64,000 nucleotides of DNA. It comes from Acidobacteriota bacterium. GTDB taxonomy: Bacteria > Acidobacteriota > UBA890 > WLXD01. The stretch spans positions 2,432,001 to 2,496,000 of the forward strand of contig CBDBHB010000009.1 in the NCBI GenBank assembly GCA_965205505.1, in the 5' to 3' direction. Of this stretch, positions 58,201-64,000 are shown in pieces (positions within the stretch are counted from its first letter, which is position 1; each line of letters opens with the position of its first letter). The notes under the pieces are model-generated. The model searched no databases. It was not told the origin of the DNA and worked only from the letters and a program-made list of their open reading frames with translations. A program made the translations under genes and the position numbers.

Positions 58201-58981
58201 GCTCCAGCTGCATGCGGTTGCGGTTGTCCCGATCGGCGAAGTACAGACCCTCGCCGATGACCAGAACGGGTCCGGCGCGGCCATCGCCCGCCGCATACTC
58301 GACGATCACGCGGTGCTCCGGGTTGAACCCGATGTAGCGTTTCCCGACCGCCACCACGGCGCCGTCCAGTGGCCAGTTGTCGCCGCTCCAGCGCACCGAC
58401 GCATAGCGCTTGTCGCGGTGCAGCACGCCCGTATACACGCCGCCCCAGAAGCGGCGCAGCAACGGGTGTCCACGGTAGCTCTGAAGACCGGTTAGCAGAC
58501 GTTCGTCGTCGGGCGTCCAGCGGGCCCAATCGGCGCCCAGGCGCAGGCCCACGTCGTCCGGAGGGTGGGCTTCAAGTTCCAGAGGCACAACCCAAGTGGC
58601 CGCGAAGAGCGACAACATCAGGGCGCCGCCGCCGCGAAGATGGGCACGCACAGCGTCGATTGCCGGTTGCTGCATGGCGCTTGTCGGCAGTGCGGCCGAG
58701 TCTGCGTGGTGCCACCAGAGCACGCTGCCAGGATCAGGCCGCGCAGTGGCGAGGTCCGACAGCTGCACGAACTCCGTTGCGAACCCCGGCTGGGCCTGTA
58801 GCCATTCCATCGCCGCCCGCTCCTCCTCGGGCATCGTCGGTTCGGCGGCATCGCTCAGAAACGTAATTGCAATGGGCTGGTCGGGGTCGAGCGACGAGCC
58901 CGTGCGAGCGGTATTGCGGCACCCGAGGATCACCACTGCGGCGATGGCGATCCCGGCGGCGAGCCAGCGGCGCTGAGTCAG
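55274..58981 (-). CDS. Large lipoprotein: DUF4960-like domain + glycogen-debranching-like (alpha/alpha)6 glycoside hydrolase
   Basis: VLWWH and GGALMLS N-terminal domain, AWYFGRDAVW, DAADSTPLF, DTDGDGLIE, YHQGMVWP. The complete signal peptide needs CTG at 58981. Confidence 0.75.
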   Translation of the reverse strand: MTQRRWLAAGIAIAAVVILGCRNTARTGSSLDPDQPIAITFLSDAAEPTMPEEERAAMEWLQAQPGFATEFVQLSDLATARPDPGSVLWWHHADSAALPTSAMQQPAIDAVRAHLRGGGALMLSLFAATWVVPLELEAHPPDDVGLRLGADWARWTPDDERLLTGLQSYRGHPLLRRFWGGVYTGVLHRDKRYASVRWSGDNWPLDGAVVAVGKRYIGFNPEHRVIVEYAAGDGRAGPVLVIGEGLYFADRDNRNRMQLELFARDALVYISGDQPPAPPGAAIASTGAVALPALRTMAAGDGDAPPPPPGGSDLRPVSPEPTAEELPGVLGATTYWTPRQAGSRWFEASSEESATELRADVVEAVSAARSGLALEQEVADNAPFDLYSPRALVVGTRNGRIDELWGYPLRMLRDLRFGFSRDASRQGTAQIRWLDTAAQSITFTIRPEGASFRYAFDDLTIVAHLAVPRDRPGLVALFEVESDTPVVMHARWRSDHASMWPREPRHLGPIELGWDAGVAAVVWRDPTASFTAYAGFSAPASSVTIGGRQLDVSTAEALEATAPPSQGESANQLENARVSLQVTHDPTLEPGVAFVVASAFDDSTARNSYLELLGDPAATWTANANHYRQFLAESLSIASPDPTFNEAFRWATVGLDAFRVTTPGMGTGLVAGYAASADPTAAAWHRDNDFLRRPGYAWYFGRDAVWTAFAADAYGGTDLTAEALRFLARYQDVDGKIAHQISPGWAIHYDAADSTPLFLLGLDHHIRATGDRELLRQLWPSVRRAMRFLESTDTDGDGLIENTAVGHGWIEEGAIYGAHTTFYLASLWVAALQAVERMAVWMVDDELTALSQQRRASAEATLEEGFWDPQARTYFYGLRADGAYQSAPTILPAVPMYFGLVDAAKVRPLLERFASSDITSDWGARLIERSSPAYDPNGYHQGMVWPLFSGWTSLAAYAHGRPLAGYLNLNQNLRLVRQGNLGHIPEALHGETYELAGETTHQATSHAMAVLPAVEGMLGIRPDALQGRLRIYPHLPGGWTETTVQPVKVGAESFRVAIFRAPESSGFTIDRLAGNDPIQLELALPFPRDVLVNLDPDNTTGVVIAGGLSVIDHPHEKEARVTVTLTEPQATVVFRHSPYPEVVQPLPAPEPGATSTGLRVLESVLVGGALQLRVEGIPGRRYRVEIATPWPVRSVEGIAATSVIVGGPGRAVLELMLPGATENYQRAAVTVYFTQ

Positions 58982-58986
58982 GAGGT

Positions 58987-60615
58987 CTACCTCGGTCTGC
59001 CAGGCACCCCGGCCATGCCGATGCTCATCCCGAGGCTCTCCAGCAGCGTGCCCTTTGCCTGCTCGAGCCGGGCGCCTGAGTTCATGTAGTTGGTAATCGC
59101 TTGTAGCTCAGAGGTGCGAGCGTTGGCGAGATCTCGCTGGAACGTGAGCACCTCGAAGTTCGTTGTCGTACCTACGGCGAACTTGCGTTCCTCGGCGTCG
59201 AGCTGCCGTTCGGCCAGCACGCGCGCCACGGTGGCCTGCGCTACCTGCTGGGCGCCGCTGGTCACCTGGCGGACGGCCTTGGTGATATCCACCCGGAGCT
59301 GCTGCTCCCGATCGGCGATCTGCACAAGCAACTGGCGCTCGTTGATGATCGCCTGAGCATGCTGTGCCTTGGCGGCCCAGTTGTTGATGGGGAACTGTAC
59401 CTGAAGCCCCACTTGCCAGTTGCGGAACTCGCCCGAGAACAGGTTGCGAAGCGCGTCCGAGAACCCGCCCTCTTGAACCTCGAGAATCTCACTGGAGCCG
59501 AAGCCGCCGCCCCGTATCAGGGTGTCGCCACCCTGGCCGGAAAGCACGAGCGAGCCACTGAAGTTCACCTGCGGTAGCAGCGCGTTGCGTGCAGTGCGAA
59601 CGCTGAGTGCACGGGTACGGACCCCTACCCGCAGGCTCCGAAGCTGCGGGTCGCGCTCGAGTGCCTGATTGATAGCCTCCTCGAGGTCGATGAGCTCGCC
59701 GGTGACCTGTGGCTCGTCGGCCGCCACCAGCGGCACGTCCCAGCCAACCAGCGTCCCCGCCTCTACGTTCAGCAGCCGTCTGAGGTCGTCGCGCGCGTCT
59801 GCCAGCGCCTGTCGAGCCTGGGTGAGCTGTAGCTCGTTGGTGGCCACCTGCTGCTCGGCCTGGATCGTTTCGATCGGCGCCAGAGTGCCGATCTCGACCT
59901 GCACCTTGTTGCGCTCGAACTGCTGCTGTGCCAGGTCGAGCGACAGCTCCTTGACCGCCAGGTCGTCCTCGGCGAAAACGAGCTGCCAGTAAGCCTCGTA
60001 AACGCTCAGCATCGTCTGCTGCACCTGATTGCGGAAGGTCTCCATGCTGACTTCGAGATTGTCCTGGGCAATCACGATCTGAGAGATGTTGCTTTCCCGG
60101 CCGAAGTTACGAAGCAGCGGCTGTGTCAGCTGGACTCTCAGCGTGGAGCTGAAGTTCGGGTTGAACGTCGAGAACGAGTTGGTGCTGAAGCGTCGTTGAG
60201 AGGTCCAATTGATTGAATAATTTGTTCCGTATTCCAGCAGATGACTGAAGCCGAACCCGCCCCCGAAGGTCTCATCGGTGACCACGTCGCCGCCCGCCAG
60301 GGTCGAGGTGCCCTGGCTAGTGTTGCGGCCAAAGGTGCTCGGCACATCGAACGTTACGGTCGGATCGAATCGAGCGCGGGCGGAGGTGATGTTCTCTGCT
60401 TGGACCTGCGGAGCAAACTTGTTGATGCGCACCTGGAGGTTGTGTCGCAGCGCCATCTCGACGGCCTCACGCAGCGTCAGCTCGAGCGTCGGCACATCGT
60501 CTTCCGCCATCGGGGCGGCCGCTGTTTGCTCCTGGGCCGAGGCAGGCAGTGGGCCCAGGACGGTCGCAACTACTGCGACCAAGCGCAAGATCTTGAGCGT
60601 GTGAGCTCGGATCAT
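58987..60615 (-). CDS. TolC-family outer-membrane efflux protein
   Basis: LTLREAVEMAL.HN, LTQPLLRNFG, AYWQL, LLPQVNF, KFAVG.TT.FEVL. Start MIRAH. Confidence 0.9.
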   Translation of the reverse strand: MIRAHTLKILRLVAVVATVLGPLPASAQEQTAAAPMAEDDVPTLELTLREAVEMALRHNLQVRINKFAPQVQAENITSARARFDPTVTFDVPSTFGRNTSQGTSTLAGGDVVTDETFGGGFGFSHLLEYGTNYSINWTSQRRFSTNSFSTFNPNFSSTLRVQLTQPLLRNFGRESNISQIVIAQDNLEVSMETFRNQVQQTMLSVYEAYWQLVFAEDDLAVKELSLDLAQQQFERNKVQVEIGTLAPIETIQAEQQVATNELQLTQARQALADARDDLRRLLNVEAGTLVGWDVPLVAADEPQVTGELIDLEEAINQALERDPQLRSLRVGVRTRALSVRTARNALLPQVNFSGSLVLSGQGGDTLIRGGGFGSSEILEVQEGGFSDALRNLFSGEFRNWQVGLQVQFPINNWAAKAQHAQAIINERQLLVQIADREQQLRVDITKAVRQVTSGAQQVAQATVARVLAERQLDAEERKFAVGTTTNFEVLTFQRDLANARTSELQAITNYMNSGARLEQAKGTLLESLGMSIGMAGVPGRPR

Positions 60616-60764
60616 GCCGTTTCTCGACACTGTCTGGATGGCGCATGTAGAGACCAACCAGCCAGAGAGTCGCGTAAGGGCGAGGCTTTCGAAAGGGCGC
60701 ACGATGCCATCCTTTTCATCGGGAGACGGTCGCCCACCGCTCGTTGTTTCAGAAGACGAACCCA

Positions 60765-62021
60765 TTACTCGTATCGCAAGGCTTCTACGGGATCGAGCCG
60801 GGCCGCACGGTTAGCAGGATAAATACCGGAGGCAACGCCAATCAAGGACGAGGTTCCCACCGCGATGGCGAACGACCACCACGGTAACGATATTGGGAAG
60901 CCGGTGGCCATGTGCGCCGCATAGCCGATGCCAGCGCCCACCAGCGCTCCGAGCAAACCGCCGACCGCAGCCAACACTACCGCCTCCGCCAGAAACTGCA
61001 GGAGAACGTCGGAGCGCCGCGCACCCAGCGCCTTGCGCACGCCAATCTCGCGCGTGCGCTCGGTGACCGATACGAGCATGATCGCCATTACACCGATGCC
61101 GCCGACCATCAGGGCCACGGAGGAGAGCGCCACCAGCGTCAGGAAGAAGTACTGCGTGAGGTTCTTCCACAGCTCCAACAGGCTTTCCTGGGTGGTTAGG
61201 TCGAAGTCCCTATCCTCGTTGGCGCGGAGGCCGTGCCTCGCCCGCATGATGCCCTCGACCTCGGTTTGCATCCGGTCCACGCCGTGCTCGGCCTTCGCCC
61301 GCATGACCACCATTGCTCCTTGGGGGCGCGGGCCGAACAGCTTGCTGTAGTTGGTCGACGACACCAGAACAAAGTTGTCGGCCTGGTCGCCGGCCAAGCT
61401 CGATGCGTCCCGTGACTTGATCGTGCCGATCACCCGATACTCGCGCCCGTTGACGCGCACCCGGCGACTGATCGGATCGCGGTCTGGAAACAACACCGAG
61501 CGCGGCCCGTCGCCCAGCACGACGACGTCCGTGCGTTGCCGCACGTCGATCGTGCTGATGAAGCGGCCCAAATCCAACTCCATGTCGCCGGCATCCAGGA
61601 ACCGCGGGGCGATTCCCATGACCTGAGTTTGGTTGGTGCGCCGGCCGGCGAATCGAACCATCGCCTGGCTCGGTGGAAAGCCGGCCCCGTACATGATCGA
61701 GACCCGCTCGACTGATTCAGCGAGTCGCCCGATGGCGTCGGCGTCGCGCTCGGTGATGTCCGGCCGGGCGTTGAGTCGGCGGAACTCCTCTCCCGAGGTA
61801 ACCAGTCGGCCGCCCCACTTGATGAGGTACACCGTGTCCGACCCGAGCGACTCGATCTGGCCGGTCATCGATTGATCGAAGCCGCGTATGAGGCTCGTCA
61901 TTCCGACCACCATCGTGATGCCGATGACTATACCCAGGATAGTGAGGAACGAGCGCATCTTGTGGGCGCGCAGGCTCTTCCAGGCCATCCCGAGGACTTG
62001 GCTAATGACGACGGAGCGCAT
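60765..62021 (-). CDS. MacB/FtsX-family ABC permease
   Basis: RSFLTILGIVIG, VGGIGVM.IMLVSVTERTREIGVRKALGA, PANRAARLDPVEALRYE. Confidence 0.93.
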   Translation of the reverse strand: MRSVVISQVLGMAWKSLRAHKMRSFLTILGIVIGITMVVGMTSLIRGFDQSMTGQIESLGSDTVYLIKWGGRLVTSGEEFRRLNARPDITERDADAIGRLAESVERVSIMYGAGFPPSQAMVRFAGRRTNQTQVMGIAPRFLDAGDMELDLGRFISTIDVRQRTDVVVLGDGPRSVLFPDRDPISRRVRVNGREYRVIGTIKSRDASSLAGDQADNFVLVSSTNYSKLFGPRPQGAMVVMRAKAEHGVDRMQTEVEGIMRARHGLRANEDRDFDLTTQESLLELWKNLTQYFFLTLVALSSVALMVGGIGVMAIMLVSVTERTREIGVRKALGARRSDVLLQFLAEAVVLAAVGGLLGALVGAGIGYAAHMATGFPISLPWWSFAIAVGTSSLIGVASGIYPANRAARLDPVEALRYE

Positions 62022-63268
62022 CACTCGTACCGGAGCGCGGCGATCGGATCGAGCATGGCGGCGCGGCTCGCCGGGTAGATCCCAAAGACCACACCCACCA
62101 CCATGACGGTGGCGAGCGCCGCTGCCACCGACCAGGGCACGAGCACGAACGGCAGCGGAGTGAAGTTGGATATTCCCGCCGCCGCAGCGTAGCCCATGGT
62201 GATTCCCGCCACACCGCCGACCAGCGAGACGGTGACCGCCTCGACGAGGAACTGCCACAGGATCTGCTGATATGTGGCCCCCACCGCCTTGCGGATGCCC
62301 ACCTCTCGGGTTCGCTCGGTGACCACCATCAACATGATGTTCATGATCACTATCCCGCCAACCACCAGCGCCATCGCGACGATGCCGATCAATGCCGCGT
62401 AGATGCCGGCCGTAAATTGATGATAGAGATCCAGGAACGTGTCGGAGCTGGTCACCGCGAAGTCGTCCTCGTCGCGGGGCCGCAAGCGGTGTCGAATGCG
62501 CATCAGCATCCGAGCCTCGTCCATCGAGGCCTCCACCAGTTCGGGTCGGCGCGGCTTGACGCGAAATTCCAACGAGGTGCGGTAACCGAACAGACGTTGC
62601 CAGATCCCGATCGGAACTACTGCCACTTCGTCCTGACTGAAGCCGAACACCGAGCCGCGGGTCTCGAGCACTCCGATCACGATAAAATGCAGGCTCCCGA
62701 TGCGAACACGGCGGCCCAGCGCGGCCTCCGGTGGGAGCCCGGGAAACAACTCCTCCACTATGTCGAGGCCCAGCATCGCGACGGCACGGTTCCGGTCCAC
62801 CTCGAGGGAGGAGAAGTAGCGTCCCGCGCGCATTCCGGTTGGGTCGAGGAACGCCCAGTCATACGACCGTCCCTCGATACCGACTCCGTCTACCGATCGG
62901 CTCCCGTACTCAACTCGTGTGCTGCGGTCCGCGCCCACCGACAGTGCGGCGATCGTCGTGGCCTCCTCGCGCACGAAGCGAGCATCGGCGCGCGTAAGCC
63001 GAGGTCGATTGCGCATGGCCATAGCCTCCTCGTGCGAGAAGGCGATGCCCGCGCGCTCGATCGAGTACACGTCGGCGCCCTCGGCGGTGAGCAGGCCGGT
63101 GACCTCGGAGTTGACACCCTGGATGATCGTCACCACGAGGATGATCGAGCTCACGGCGATGATGTTGCCGAGCACCGTGAGGAACGAGCGCAGCTTGTTG
63201 GCCCAGATCGAGTCGAGCGCGATGAGCACACCCTCCGAAAGCCCGATAGCGCGGCGCGTGCTGCTCAT
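62021..63268 (-). CDS. MacB/FtsX-family ABC permease
   Basis: [48 protein letters not shown] overlap. Confidence 0.93.
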   Translation of the reverse strand: MSSTRRAIGLSEGVLIALDSIWANKLRSFLTVLGNIIAVSSIILVVTIIQGVNSEVTGLLTAEGADVYSIERAGIAFSHEEAMAMRNRPRLTRADARFVREEATTIAALSVGADRSTRVEYGSRSVDGVGIEGRSYDWAFLDPTGMRAGRYFSSLEVDRNRAVAMLGLDIVEELFPGLPPEAALGRRVRIGSLHFIVIGVLETRGSVFGFSQDEVAVVPIGIWQRLFGYRTSLEFRVKPRRPELVEASMDEARMLMRIRHRLRPRDEDDFAVTSSDTFLDLYHQFTAGIYAALIGIVAMALVVGGIVIMNIMLMVVTERTREVGIRKAVGATYQQILWQFLVEAVTVSLVGGVAGITMGYAAAAGISNFTPLPFVLVPWSVAAALATVMVVGVVFGIYPASRAAMLDPIAALRYE

Positions 63269-63999
63269 CCGGCCGAGGCGTGCTCGGCGCCGATCAGCCA
63301 CGGTGTTTGCCGTTCATCTCGCACGATCTCGCCGTCGAGGAAATGCACGGCGCGGTGGGCATACTTGGCGATGTCCGCTTCGTGGGTTACGACGATCACG
63401 GTCTGACCCTTGTCGTGCAGCTCGATGAACAGCTCCATGACCTCGTACGAGGTCTTCGAGTCGAGGTTCCCGGTGGGCTCGTCGGCGAGCAGGATCGCAG
63501 GTTCGTTGACCAACGCGCGAGCGATCGCGACGCGCTGCCGCTGGCCACCGGAGAGCTCGTTTGGACGGTGGTCCGAGCGGTCGGCGAGGCCGGTTACCTC
63601 GAGTGCGTGCAGCGCCCGCTTCTTGCGCTCGCGCCCGGAGACTCCGGCGTAGATCAGCGGCAACTCGACGTTGTGCAAGGCGGTGGCGCGCGGCAGCAGG
63701 TTGAAGGTCTGGAAGACGAAGCCGATCTCGCTGTTGCGCACAGCGGCTAGCTCGTTGTCGTCGAGATTGCTGACCTCCTGGTGATTGAGCGTATATGTGC
63801 CAGCGGTCGGCGTATCCAGGCAACCGATCAGGTTCATCAGAGTCGATTTGCCGGAGCCCGAAGGGCCCATGATGGCGATGAACTCGTTCTGATATATGTC
63901 AAGGTCGACACCGCGAAGCGCCTCGACCTTGACCTTACCCATGTCGTACGTTTTTCCGAGGCCACGGATCTCGATGATCGGCGATCCGCCATCGGTGCC
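63265..63999 (-). CDS. MacB/LolD-type ABC ATPase (5' end outside the window)
   Basis: [39 protein letters not shown]. The frame stays open to the window edge ([15 protein letters not shown]). Confidence 0.93.
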   Translation of the reverse strand, partial: GTDGGSPIIEIRGLGKTYDMGKVKVEALRGVDLDIYQNEFIAIMGPSGSGKSTLMNLIGCLDTPTAGTYTLNHQEVSNLDDNELAAVRNSEIGFVFQTFNLLPRATALHNVELPLIYAGVSGRERKKRALHALEVTGLADRSDHRPNELSGGQRQRVAIARALVNEPAILLADEPTGNLDSKTSYEVMELFIELHDKGQTVIVVTHEADIAKYAHRAVHFLDGEIVRDERQTPWLIGAEHASAG

Positions 64000-64000
64000 G

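Noticed and set aside
60200-60240. Short AT-rich patch
   Set aside because: It lies in frame within TolC (EYGTNYSINW), with no sign of an insertion.

Overview
A GC-rich bacterial chromosome segment, probably Acidobacteriota. This is an inference from the Ig+VWA protein, the TPR/FG-GAP/ASPIC-UnbV protein and the MacB-type permeases. It is mostly core genes: a nucleoside-salvage operon (deoA/pdp-nupC-punA-cdd-mtaD-like), tatA, selB, thiolase, envC, rpoD, ggt, B12-dependent nrdJ with tandem NrdR boxes, ferredoxin, thyA-folA, a lipA-E1a-E1b-E2-E3 2-oxoacid dehydrogenase operon, recD2, a Grx-TrxR fusion, a peptidoglycan-recycling cluster (namZ, nagZ-amiE fusion, SSS transporter, PfkB kinase) and a MacB/TolC exporter. 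No rRNA, tRNA, CRISPR array, prophage or autonomous transposase was recognised. Four observations stand out. (1) The dehydrogenase E1 keeps intact reading frames but lacks its ThDP-binding motif, both active-site loops and the E1-beta catalytic His, while E2, E3 and LipA look intact, so it is a candidate pseudo-enzyme or repurposed complex. (2) Three ~279-bp IS630-type MITEs from two sequence families share a two-armed fold with a GA(C/G)GA internal-loop hairpin on each strand, and one sits exactly in a stop/start overlap. (3) A matrixin lacks its zinc ligands and has two frameshifts. (4) Two lipoprotein genes appear to need CTG starts. All family assignments come from motif recognition by eye; no searches were run.
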